A stretch of 14,473 nucleotides of DNA from a virus. Every line of letters starts with the position of its first letter. The first letter of the stretch is position 1. The translations under genes and the position numbers were made by a program. Where the stretch lies: the IMG/VR virus record IMGVR_UViG_3300030015_000005, one strand, 5' to 3'. The notes beneath the pieces were generated by a model, which was not told where the DNA came from, did no database searches, and saw only the letters and a program-made list of their open reading frames with translations. Positions 1 through 7,716 of the stretch are shown here, one piece after another.

Positions 1-55
1 CTTTAGGGCCTTGTGGGCCTTGTGGGCCAGTATCACCTTTAGGGCCTTGTGGTCC
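1..55. repeat. Collagen-repeat DNA copy: 1..44 is identical to 14430..14473 and 1..55 is identical to 259..313
   Basis: Direct base-by-base comparison of the three segments (ctttagggccttgtgggccttgtgggccagtatcacctttagggccttgtggtcc). Confidence 0.95.
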
Positions 56-490
56 TTGTATTTCTCCCACATTCTCCCAGTCACTACCAGACCAGACATA
101 GACAACACCACCAACCAAATAAGCGGCTCCAGGCGCGGCGTCATTGGGTAGGTCGCTAGTTGTGTCTACGGACCCTAACAGGGTAAAGCCTGTGCCATCC
201 ACGCCCGCGGGGCCTTGTGGGCCTGTGGCGCCGGTAGCGCCTTTATCGCCGGTATCACCTTTAGGGCCTTGTGGGCCTTGTGGGCCAGTATCACCTTTAG
301 GGCCTTGTGGTCCAGCGGGGCCGCGGATACCCTGTGGCCCCTGTGGTCCAGCGGGTCCAGGGATACCAGACACGCCCGTCATTGTGCTATCTACTGTCTT
401 TGCCAGGGCCTCCATTTGACTAGCGCCCAAATAAATTGGGTCGCCATCGGTAGGATAGGGAATATTATAATTTGGTGTGTATTCCGGCAT
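1..490 (-). CDS. Collagen-like tail fibre, 5' (N-terminal) part; the ORF runs off the left edge and continues in frame at the right edge (13831..14473)
   Basis: ATG at 490..488 shares one base with the TAA of the upstream gene (TAATG). My minus-strand translation gives MPEYTPNYNIPYPTDGDPIYLGASQMEALAKTVDSTMTGVS. This is followed by 18 Gly-X-Y triplets ([27 protein letters not shown]..., about 203..367). Next comes a 49-aa non-collagen insert (VDGTGFTLLGSVDTTSDLPNDAAPGAAYLVGGVVYVWSGSDWENVGEIQ, 56..202), then a second Gly-X-Y tract running off position 1. It is missing from the supplied ORF track because it has no stop codon in the window. Confidence 0.85.
   Translation of the reverse strand, partial: MPEYTPNYNIPYPTDGDPIYLGASQMEALAKTVDSTMTGVSGIPGPAGPQGPQGIRGPAGPQGPKGDTGPQGPQGPKGDTGDKGATGATGPQGPAGVDGTGFTLLGSVDTTSDLPNDAAPGAAYLVGGVVYVWSGSDWENVGEIQGPQGPKGDTGPQGPQGPK
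248..323. repeat. Internal copies of the collagen-repeat DNA: 248..313 matches 14419..14429 joined to 1..55 (66 bp), and 273..323 matches 14372..14422 (51 bp)
   Basis: Perfect identity by direct comparison. The copies encode [21 protein letters not shown]-type units. Confidence 0.9.
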
Positions 491-2019
491 TATTCGATCA
501 CGTCCTTAATCTGCGCGCCGTCATCTGGCACATGTTTAGTGTCACCCCATGTAACAGACTTATCCCAGTGATAGCCGTTAAAAGTGGTGGCGTCACCCCA
601 TTTTATATCCCGTTCCGGCGTGTGTTCACCCACGGTAACAGGCGGCGGCGCGGGTAGCCCTAGCAGCTCCCACCACCAGGGCACTTCTTCCTGTGTAGTA
701 GTCAGCTTAATTTGCTTTAGAGATTCCCAATCCATCGGCGCCTGTGGTGGTGTTTGGTTGTGTATCCAATGAACGTTTAGTTCAATGGTCCAGCCTTCCA
801 GGGCGTCAAACGTAGTGGTTCCACCAATAGGCGCCACAATAGGCGGGTAGTCCGCGGTTCCACCCATTAGCCATTGATAGGCTAGGTTGCCAGAAATAAA
901 CGCGGGCCGCGTGTTCTCCCACGCCATTAGCGCCCATCGTGCTACGCGCTCCGACACAAACAGAAAACCAGGGGCATAAGCAAATCGAGGGTGGCGCGGG
1001 CGGCGCCCCTCCTCCCGTGCGCGGCGCCAGACGTTCTCCAGAGTTGGATCAATAACCTGTCCAGCGTCAAACCAGCTATCCCATGCCATAACGCGGCGGT
1101 TATCGCCGGGCGCTATTGATTCTTTTACAGTGGTCCAATCTTTGTAGCCTGTGCTGTAGTCTTTCCAGGTACATTCCAGGCGGTTGATGTCTGTCGAGGG
1201 GTCCGCTTCTACTAATGGATCACCCACCAGTTCGCACCCTCCTAGTCCAATACCAGGATAGGTAATTCCATCTACCACAATATCACTAGCGACTGGTAAA
1301 ACCGCGCCGCGTGTGTCATCGAATGTTGCTAAATAGGTGGTCATTGGTTGAGATAGCCTAATAGCCTGCCTAACCACATTAGCGTCATGGTCAAAAGCAT
1401 ATGAGTCATTGCCCATTGATTCATACATGGCGCCCATTAGCTCCAAACCAGATTTATCTTTGACGTCCAGGGCCGCGCAACGGCTATCAGTATAGCCAGG
1501 CCAAAAATAAACCTCCTGCACACCACTACCCGCGGATTGTCCTAGATCCCTAATCCTGTTCGCGCGTGCCAGCATACTTTCCACAGGCCATTCCACCGGC
1601 CCGGGGTTAGCGTTACCAAAATCAGCGGTCCGGTCCGCGCATGTTAACTCAATGGTCCAGGCGCGGCGTCCATCGTCCAGGTGGTGATGGTGCGGTTGTG
1701 CGAGGGCATGAGATACGCGCCCGCGGAACATTGTTACTGGCCCAATTAAATCTAAACTGTTTGCCTGTATTCCAGCCCATGTGATATTAACCGTTAAACC
1801 AATAGCGCGTGATTCACGAATACGCCGCGCCCATTCACCAGTGGTATCCATTAGCGTGATGGTTACAGAACTAGGCGATACATCCGGCGACTGGTATTCA
1901 TCGCGGCCCCATTCGATACTAAAACCACGAATAACCACAGGTTCAGTGTCCAGGGTGTCAGTGTGACACGCTATCCTTTGCCCATTGATTATCACGTTGG
2001 GCCTAACGTCTATCGCCAT
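490..2019 (-). CDS. Minor tail protein (distal-tail/baseplate-like); the only gene between tape measure and fibre
   Basis: 509-aa track ORF. Its start overlaps the tape-measure stop by 10 nt (ATGGCGATAG). The function is assigned from position directly after the tape measure; I recognise no catalytic motif. Confidence 0.6.
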   Translation of the reverse strand: MAIDVRPNVIINGQRIACHTDTLDTEPVVIRGFSIEWGRDEYQSPDVSPSSVTITLMDTTGEWARRIRESRAIGLTVNITWAGIQANSLDLIGPVTMFRGRVSHALAQPHHHHLDDGRRAWTIELTCADRTADFGNANPGPVEWPVESMLARANRIRDLGQSAGSGVQEVYFWPGYTDSRCAALDVKDKSGLELMGAMYESMGNDSYAFDHDANVVRQAIRLSQPMTTYLATFDDTRGAVLPVASDIVVDGITYPGIGLGGCELVGDPLVEADPSTDINRLECTWKDYSTGYKDWTTVKESIAPGDNRRVMAWDSWFDAGQVIDPTLENVWRRAREEGRRPRHPRFAYAPGFLFVSERVARWALMAWENTRPAFISGNLAYQWLMGGTADYPPIVAPIGGTTTFDALEGWTIELNVHWIHNQTPPQAPMDWESLKQIKLTTTQEEVPWWWELLGLPAPPPVTVGEHTPERDIKWGDATTFNGYHWDKSVTWGDTKHVPDDGAQIKDVIE

Positions 2020-4217
2020 CGTGCATTACCTCCAGCGTTAGCAAGTCCACGGGTCCGCGCGTCATCGCGCAACACTTTTCTAATTGCTTCGGCGGTTCCG
2101 CGCGTGTCCACCGCGCCATTAACGGTTATGTTGATAACAGGCGCGGCGGCGGCTCCAGGCGCGGGCGCGGCGCTAGCCATGCGCATGATACCCGCGGCGC
2201 TACCTCCAGCGGCGGCGTGCAACGAATACCCACCAGCGCCACCAGGGCGCGGGCGCCCATTGTAAAAGCGGGGCGATTCGGCCATTAGCGGCCCGTCATC
2301 TGCCTGCCCAAACACTTTTCCTAGCCACGCGGGCGGCGACGGCCATCGAATAGAGCTAATGGCGCCAATCAGATTTCGCACGGTGTTGATAACGGATTGA
2401 ATAGCGCCCTTAACTGTGTTAAAGGCTCCCACGGCGCTAGAAATAGCGCCCCTAACTGTGCTAATAGCGCCCTTAATTGCGTTAAAGGCGCGCGTGCCTG
2501 TCATCACCTGTAGCGCGAGGTTAACCACCAGCGAGATAACCGGCGCGAGCACACTAGCAAGCACGCGCAAAATAGCAGCGACGGCGCCTAATACAGGTCC
2601 AGCGAGAGCACTTAGCAGAGATATTAAAGGCTGTAGGCTAGAAATAAAACCAGTAACGCCGGTAATCACTGCCTGTATAGCAGGCATGAGAGCCATAATT
2701 ACTGCCACCAGTCCAGGGATTAACCCGCTAGCCAATTGCACAATAGGGCCTAACAGTCCTAAGAATGCGTTAACTAAACCTTGGATAGCAGGCATTAGCG
2801 ACATACCAGCAGCAGACAATTGGGTAAAAGCGTTAACCAGGATTGGCATAAACGGCGCGATGATTCCCATGGCTGTAGTCAAGGCGCCACCAATGATTTG
2901 TGCCAGTTGTTGAAATACCGGCGTTAATGCGGTAATAGCCTGTGCGAGCACACCACCAAACATCGCCGCCAATTGGCCCACGATAGGCACAATAGGCATT
3001 ATGGCGTCAATGATTCCACTAAATGCGGTGACCAATTGCCCTACCACCGGCGCGATGGTGGTCACCAGTCCAGCGAATGCGGGCGCTAGAGTGCCACCAA
3101 CTATTCCAGCTAATTGAGTCACGATAGGCAGAACAGCGGCGACGGCTGTAGCGAGGGCGCTAAAAATGGACTGTAGCGTGTTCAAGCCCTGCGCGGAATT
3201 AACCCACTCATTCGTTGCAGTAACCACTTGGCCCATGACGCCCAAAAACGGCATTCCGGCGGCACTCATAGCAGAGAAAACGCCGCTAATGATTCCACCC
3301 AATTGGCCCATAACACCAAAAAACTGTTGTGCCAGCGTCACGGCATTTTCAAAATAAGCGGTTAGACTGCCATCAGCAAAAGCATCAGTCATGCTAGCGG
3401 CCCAATTCGCCGCCATGTCTGCGAGATTAGCGCTAATGCTGGTAAAGATAGGCGCCGCCGCCGCTCCCACTGCGACTATTCCCTGTATGACGCTAGAGAG
3501 AGCTTGCGAGAGGAAACCAGCGCTATTAGCGGACTCACTAATAAGTTGTTTGGTGGCGTCCAGGCCCGTGCCACTAGACACAAACGCCACTAATTGACTA
3601 GCGGCGGCGCCCATGGTAGTTGCCAGCTTCCCCATGGCGTCACTAGCGGGCGCCACCAGGGCGGCGAGGTCACCAACGTTTGTAAATTCGCTCCAGAAAT
3701 TACCCTGTACTATATCGCCAATACCGCTAAATTCATCTTTTAGCGATTTAAGGGCGGTCGCGGCGGCCTGCGCGGGCGCGGGCATGTCTGCAATAGCGGC
3801 GGCAAATTCCGCGGGGTTAGCGGCGCTTAAAGCGTCACCAAAACCACTAAAGGCAGATTTCAACACCACCACCGCGGCGGCGGCGCTACCGATAGCGGCG
3901 GGGACCATCGCGGCGCCTAATGCAAGCATTGGGCCAATGGCTCCAGCGGCGGCGGTGCCTACCGCGGCGAGCGGCGCGGCGAGTCCACCAATTGCGGTAG
4001 TGATGGCACTTGCTTTAGTGCCTACGCGGCCCATGGTGCCTATCGCGCGGCCCATATTAGCGCCCAATTTTTTGAAACTAGCGCCCAAACGTGATACGCC
4101 ACTGTTTGACTTTTTAGCGGACTTTTCAAACGCTTTAATTTCCCTAATCGCTTTGCGGAAACCAGAACCGTTAGCGTCGCTGGTAATGCGTACACTTAGA
4201 ATTGCTGTCTTAGCCAT
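2010..4217 (-). CDS. Tape measure protein
   Basis: 735 aa and the longest gene. It is very Ala/Gly/Ile/Val-rich with long hydrophobic and helical repeats. It sits directly after the chaperone pair and before the minor tail gene. It contains an internal imperfect repeat NAIKGAIS/TVRGAIS/NTVKGAIQ (DNA about 2401..2490). At about 0.15 nm per residue this predicts a tail of roughly 110 nm (inference). Confidence 0.9.
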   Translation of the reverse strand: MAKTAILSVRITSDANGSGFRKAIREIKAFEKSAKKSNSGVSRLGASFKKLGANMGRAIGTMGRVGTKASAITTAIGGLAAPLAAVGTAAAGAIGPMLALGAAMVPAAIGSAAAAVVVLKSAFSGFGDALSAANPAEFAAAIADMPAPAQAAATALKSLKDEFSGIGDIVQGNFWSEFTNVGDLAALVAPASDAMGKLATTMGAAASQLVAFVSSGTGLDATKQLISESANSAGFLSQALSSVIQGIVAVGAAAAPIFTSISANLADMAANWAASMTDAFADGSLTAYFENAVTLAQQFFGVMGQLGGIISGVFSAMSAAGMPFLGVMGQVVTATNEWVNSAQGLNTLQSIFSALATAVAAVLPIVTQLAGIVGGTLAPAFAGLVTTIAPVVGQLVTAFSGIIDAIMPIVPIVGQLAAMFGGVLAQAITALTPVFQQLAQIIGGALTTAMGIIAPFMPILVNAFTQLSAAGMSLMPAIQGLVNAFLGLLGPIVQLASGLIPGLVAVIMALMPAIQAVITGVTGFISSLQPLISLLSALAGPVLGAVAAILRVLASVLAPVISLVVNLALQVMTGTRAFNAIKGAISTVRGAISSAVGAFNTVKGAIQSVINTVRNLIGAISSIRWPSPPAWLGKVFGQADDGPLMAESPRFYNGRPRPGGAGGYSLHAAAGGSAAGIMRMASAAPAPGAAAAPVINITVNGAVDTRGTAEAIRKVLRDDARTRGLANAGGNARWR

Positions 4218-4625
4218 TTTGTTCTGCCTGTTCTTCGAGTAGGGAAATTAGCGTGTTTATCATCGCGTCATCTTCTGCAATGAGAGCGCTAGGCGCTAGC
4301 CCTGTAGCTAGTGAGAGTTGTGCAATTAGGCGCCTTGGGTCATCTGTTCCGTAGATTCCGGGGTATCACCAAAATCCGCATAAACCATAGCGACGTCATT
4401 AGTGAACTGGTCAAAACCAGTATTAGCGTCATACAGGCCCGTGCGAGTCATCGCCGCGTATGCGAGGAATGCGCCCGCGCGAATTGGATCTTCTTCCATT
4501 CCGCGCCACTTATGGCGCTGTGCTACATCGGAATATTTAATCATGTCCGCTAGGATTGGGCGGATATTTTCATGAACAGTGCCGTCCATCATTTCAACGT
4601 CCATCATGATTTTTTGAATAGCCAT
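4210..4625 (-). CDS. Putative -1 frameshift product of the tail assembly chaperone (gpGT-like)
   Basis: The 108-nt apparent gap 4218..4325 is filled by an ORF in the -1 frame relative to 4326..4625. That frame is open from 4365 (after TGA at 4368..4366) to TAA at 4212..4210, and it overlaps the tape-measure ATG (AAAATGGCTAA). The extension translates as ...PGIYGTDDPRRLIAQLSLATGLAPSALIAEDDAMINTLISLLEEQAEQNG and has no start codon of its own. No canonical XXXYYYZ heptamer is present; ACCCCGG at 4364..4358 is the only candidate slip site I see. Confidence 0.5.
4326..4625 (-). CDS. Tail assembly chaperone (gpG-like)
   Basis: 99-aa acidic protein immediately upstream of the tape measure. Its start shares one base with the stop of the preceding gene. 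The -1 frame stays open from its 3' end to the tape-measure start. Confidence 0.7.
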   Translation of the reverse strand: MAIQKIMMDVEMMDGTVHENIRPILADMIKYSDVAQRHKWRGMEEDPIRAGAFLAYAAMTRTGLYDANTGFDQFTNDVAMVYADFGDTPESTEQMTQGA

Positions 4626-5044
4626 TATTTTCCCTTAACCTTTTTAATTACTGCGTTCATGTGCTTTTCATATTCTTTAACCCACACTGGTTCCGTGCGA
4701 ATAGCGGCGTCCGATATGAAATACTGTGGTCTAATATTGCGCTTGGGCCATCCCCAATGTTGCACGCCTGCATAAGGGACACGCGCGCCACCGGCGCGAA
4801 TAACGCCCGCTTTTGTGGTAGCTCCTGCGCGAATTGACGCCTTTAGAGCGCCACCAGATTTAGGGCGCCCGCGGCCCCGTTTGCGCGATGGCTTGCCCAC
4901 CGGCGCGGTGGCACGCGCCGCGGTAGTCACTGTGCTAGCGGCCTGTTTATTAATCGACGTTAATTCTTTAACGTCCAGGCCCGCTTTTCGCATAGTGCTA
5001 CGTAGGCGCGCGCCACCTTGCACGGTGACACCGAATTTAGCCAT
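4625..5044 (-). CDS. HK97 gp10-family head-tail/tail-completion protein
   Basis: 139 aa. GGALKASIRAG...ARVPYAGVQHWGWPKRNIRPQYFISDAA resembles the HK97 gp10-family core pattern (tG-L-x-S-I ... Y-A ... G ... P-x-x-F). Single-base overlaps (TAATG) occur at both ends. Confidence 0.7.
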   Translation of the reverse strand: MAKFGVTVQGGARLRSTMRKAGLDVKELTSINKQAASTVTTAARATAPVGKPSRKRGRGRPKSGGALKASIRAGATTKAGVIRAGGARVPYAGVQHWGWPKRNIRPQYFISDAAIRTEPVWVKEYEKHMNAVIKKVKGK

Positions 5045-5505
5045 TATTCCGCTGGTTCAGTGTCACCAGCGGAAACAGTGAAATTAGGCGTCCCAACGTG
5101 TGACCATTCGAATTCGGACTTATTTTTTACGTTAACATCGCCACCAAATTCGAGCGGGTCCACCACCAGGCGCCCGGTCACTGCGGCGGTTCCAGCGGCA
5201 TCTGGCACGAACTTATACGGCATTTCAACGCCCGCATTTTTCCACGTAAAATCAATTACGCCATCAGCTTCGATGTCTTGGAATAGAGCACCGCTAGCGA
5301 TCCAGGTATAAATGCGAGCACCAGCGATGGTGTCACCACACAACACCGCTTCGCTATCTTCCGCGTCAGCTTCAGCAGATACCTTAAAATTGGTCAACTG
5401 ACAAGACATGTCTAGCTGTGTTCCAACACTGCCTAGCACCAGCGTGCCAGGGCCTAACTTATGGATCTTCCGCTTTGGTAATTCGTTTGGGTTGGGGGAG
5501 GTCAT
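5044..5505 (-). CDS. Major tail (tube) protein, putative
   Basis: 153 aa with the strongest Shine-Dalgarno in the window (TAAGGAGACAGGCTAATG). The beta-rich sequence KLGPGTLVLGSVGTQLDMSCQLTNFKVSAEADAEDSEAVLCGDTIAG... is typical of small siphovirus tube proteins. It lies in the tail module. Confidence 0.6.
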   Translation of the reverse strand: MTSPNPNELPKRKIHKLGPGTLVLGSVGTQLDMSCQLTNFKVSAEADAEDSEAVLCGDTIAGARIYTWIASGALFQDIEADGVIDFTWKNAGVEMPYKFVPDAAGTAAVTGRLVVDPLEFGGDVNVKNKSEFEWSHVGTPNFTVSAGDTEPAE

Positions 5506-5517
5506 TAGCCTGTCTCC

Positions 5518-5850
5518 TTAAATTAGTTCAATAGGTGAGAGCTTTAGCGCCGGTAGTGGCGCCGTATCCGGTAAAGCAAGTTCAATCGTGGTGGCGCCCG
5601 TGGTCAAGTGCTTAACCTTGTCATACATGCTTAGCAGATTCGCCGTGGCTTCAACACGCCCATTATCCGGCGCCACCAAATACACATTGGCAGTAGCAGA
5701 AAAATCACCGCACATAGTGTTATCGGGTCCTAGTTCATTTAGTTCCACGATGGCGCCCGGGGCGTCAAGGTTACGCGGGTCCATGGTGCTAGGAATGCCA
5801 GCGGCGTTAATATCCTGTGCTAGAGTCTCCAGCTTTTCCATGATTTCCAT
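5518..5850 (-). CDS. Head-tail joining / neck protein (function by position only)
   Basis: 110-aa ORF. Its ATG directly abuts the TAA of the connector gene (TAAATG), and it lies between the connector and the major tail gene. Confidence 0.5.
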   Translation of the reverse strand: MEIMEKLETLAQDINAAGIPSTMDPRNLDAPGAIVELNELGPDNTMCGDFSATANVYLVAPDNGRVEATANLLSMYDKVKHLTTGATTIELALPDTAPLPALKLSPIELI

Positions 5851-6144
5851 TTATCCCACCACCGGCGTGGTCCAGCCATTAATTCGCAATTGCCTATCCA
5901 GGTCCGCGTCATAACGGGATACATAACTAGCGCCCATGTCGCTAAATGTTTCCACGCCCGCCGCGGAATTACGGCGCCTGTGTAGGCGGGCCGCTAGCAT
6001 GATGGCGCCCAAATCGACACCAGCGGGCCATGCGGCGCCGTGCCATTCGTCCACCATTCCGTTAACGGCGTCCACGATGATTTCCAAATGTTCATCCGGG
6101 CCGGATAACTTTAGGTGTGTCGCTACCTGTGCCGTGGTTATCAT
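5851..6144 (-). CDS. Head-tail connector/adaptor (gp6-like)
   Basis: 97 aa, immediately downstream of the capsid gene. The N-terminal pattern ITTAQVATHLKLSGPDEHLEIIVDAVNGMV resembles the gp6-type head-tail connector family. Confidence 0.65.
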   Translation of the reverse strand: MITTAQVATHLKLSGPDEHLEIIVDAVNGMVDEWHGAAWPAGVDLGAIMLAARLHRRRNSAAGVETFSDMGASYVSRYDADLDRQLRINGWTTPVVG

Positions 6145-6147
6145 ATG

Positions 6148-7716
6148 CTATGCCACTGGTTCGGTAGGGGCGGCGGCGTCAGTGTCGAATGCTACGGAAA
6201 CTAGGCCCTCCGGGCGGTTAACCATCTTTGCGGTGTAACCAAACAGAGCGGCGTCACGTCCACCCTTAGCAATGTGTTCAGCTTCTACGCGCAATGGTGA
6301 GCCTGCCAGTTCATAGTGGGTGGCGGCGGCCTTGGTGCCAATGATGGCAGTGCCAGCGGGTACGCTGTCGCTGGTGGTCCACTTCGACGGATCGGTGATG
6401 GTGCCAGCAACGCCCAAATAGCGCGGGGCGTCCATCTGCGAGAGAGTAAGCACCTGTTCCAGGTCCGCGGGGTTGATGATGGCAAATGACGCGGGGGAAT
6501 GTAGCGCGTTATCAATCGCTAGAGAGCCACGAGAGATTGCGGACTGTACGCCGGTAGCGGTGCCATCAATGGCGGTAGCGTTATCAATCAGGAATTGCAG
6601 AGCGTCCATGTCTGTTTCGTATGCGTAAGATTCAGCCATGGCCTCCCAGTACGCGGCCAAAAATTCGCGTTCCTTAAAGTCCCAAAACGCGCGGTCCAGG
6701 TCGTTACCACCGGCCCAACGTTCAGCTTCGCGTTCCACCGCTTCAATCGCCGCGGGCTTCGATGGAATTTCTGCCTTATTGCCAGCGTACTTTTCCACGC
6801 CCGGCTTGGTGGTCCAGCGGTAGCCTACTGCCTTACGTGACGTTAGCGGCTTTTGAGTCATCAACGGAACGATACGGCGGGCGTAGGTAACGCCGCTCCA
6901 GAGTTCCCCTAGCCACTGTGGCGCGGAACGGTCAATCATACCGGCGTCCGTAATGTCTGCCAGTTCCGCGTGAGTAGCGCCATTGTCAGTTCCAGCGACA
7001 ACGCCGGTTAGATAGTCGATGGCGCCATCAAGTGAAAAGTGAGTCTCGTTAGCGGTGGTGTCTTGGTTATCGCCGGGCAATGTGCCAGGGGTTAGGTTGG
7101 TCTTGTTCACGTCGTTATCCTTTTCGGTGTCGGTGTCGGTGTCGGTGTCGCCATCGGTGTCGGTGTCGCCATCGGTGTCGGTTGATTCCACATCAATCGA
7201 CGTTTGATTTTCGTCCAGGGCGGGGGTGTCGGTGTCGCCATCGTTATGATGGTTAGCCATCACATGAGATACCCGCGCGTCCGCAAAAGCAGGGTTAGGC
7301 ACCAGCGCCACCGCGGATAAATAACTGTTGGTTACTGTGGTGCCAGCGCGTTCGATTCCGTAGCACTCCACACTAAAGGCGTCCACAGTCTTTTCCATCG
7401 CCTGTAACAGGGCGTCATCCCCCGCGGCGTGGCTACCAATTTTAAACGTCATATATAGGCCATCGTCTTTGACTTCATAATTCGTAGCGTGGCCCACGGC
7501 GACACCAGCGGGGGAATGCCCCGCTAATAGTTTGACGCGGTTAATTTCTTTAGGCACATTCACAGAGCCTTTAGGGAATTTGAGAGCGCCGGAATTAGTG
7601 CGTCCAAATTCATCCCATGGCAACACGCGGCCTGTGATGGTCCGTTCCGATTCCGCGGTGACCACAGGCGGGGCCGCTTCCAATTCTGTCACTGTGACGT
7701 TATTAGGTGTGTCCAT
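6148..7716 (-). CDS. Prohead protease-major capsid protein fusion (HK97-type)
   Basis: 522 aa. The N-terminal ~160 aa contain KLLAGHSP and DAFSVECYG, consistent with His/Ser motifs of HK97-type (S78/U35) prohead proteases. A strongly acidic Asp/Thr linker follows. The C-terminal ~300 aa resemble an HK97-fold capsid protein (…QWLGELWSG…RWAGGNDLDRAFWDF…FAIINPADL…IIGTKAAATHYELAGSPLRVEAEHIAKGGRDAALFGY). No separate protease, scaffold or capsid gene exists elsewhere in the window. Confidence 0.9.
   Translation of the reverse strand: MDTPNNVTVTELEAAPPVVTAESERTITGRVLPWDEFGRTNSGALKFPKGSVNVPKEINRVKLLAGHSPAGVAVGHATNYEVKDDGLYMTFKIGSHAAGDDALLQAMEKTVDAFSVECYGIERAGTTVTNSYLSAVALVPNPAFADARVSHVMANHHNDGDTDTPALDENQTSIDVESTDTDGDTDTDGDTDTDTDTEKDNDVNKTNLTPGTLPGDNQDTTANETHFSLDGAIDYLTGVVAGTDNGATHAELADITDAGMIDRSAPQWLGELWSGVTYARRIVPLMTQKPLTSRKAVGYRWTTKPGVEKYAGNKAEIPSKPAAIEAVEREAERWAGGNDLDRAFWDFKEREFLAAYWEAMAESYAYETDMDALQFLIDNATAIDGTATGVQSAISRGSLAIDNALHSPASFAIINPADLEQVLTLSQMDAPRYLGVAGTITDPSKWTTSDSVPAGTAIIGTKAAATHYELAGSPLRVEAEHIAKGGRDAALFGYTAKMVNRPEGLVSVAFDTDAAAPTEPVA
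7125..7184. repeat. In-frame hexanucleotide microsatellite (cggtgt/cgccat units) encoding (D-T/D-G)n in the protease-capsid linker
   Basis: Ten consecutive 6-nt units: cggtgt x4, cgccat, cggtgt x2, cgccat, cggtgt, cggttg. A further copy of ggtgtcggtgtcgccatcg lies at 7225..7243. The protein reads DGDTDTP...STDTDGDTDTDGDTDTDTDTEKD. Confidence 0.9.

Noticed and set aside
1-323. Regular short repeats at both window edges that could be mistaken for a CRISPR array or terminal inverted repeats
   Set aside because: The repeats are direct, not inverted. They have 9/27/36-nt coding periodicity with no unique spacers, and they lie inside one open reading frame encoding Gly-X-Y triplets.
144-571. Plus-strand ORFs 144..419 and 215..571, with striking Cys/Pro/Gly-rich repeats ([16 protein letters not shown]...)
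   Set aside because: They are antisense or off-frame shadows of the minus-strand Gly-X-Y collagen repeats. The minus-strand frame has a proper ATG coupled to the upstream gene and continues the co-directional gene string.
2416-4242. Long plus-strand ORFs (2416..2913, 3166..3357, 3391..3597, 3613..4242) opposite the tape measure gene
   Set aside because: These are typical antisense open frames of a GC-rich, Ala-rich gene. They have no start context, and the minus-strand 735-aa ORF explains the region completely.
4311-4553. Plus-strand ORF 4311..4553 covering the apparent gap between chaperone and tape measure
   Set aside because: The gap is better explained by the -1 frame extension of the minus-strand chaperone, which ends exactly on the tape-measure start. 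The plus-strand ORF opposes the entire gene string.
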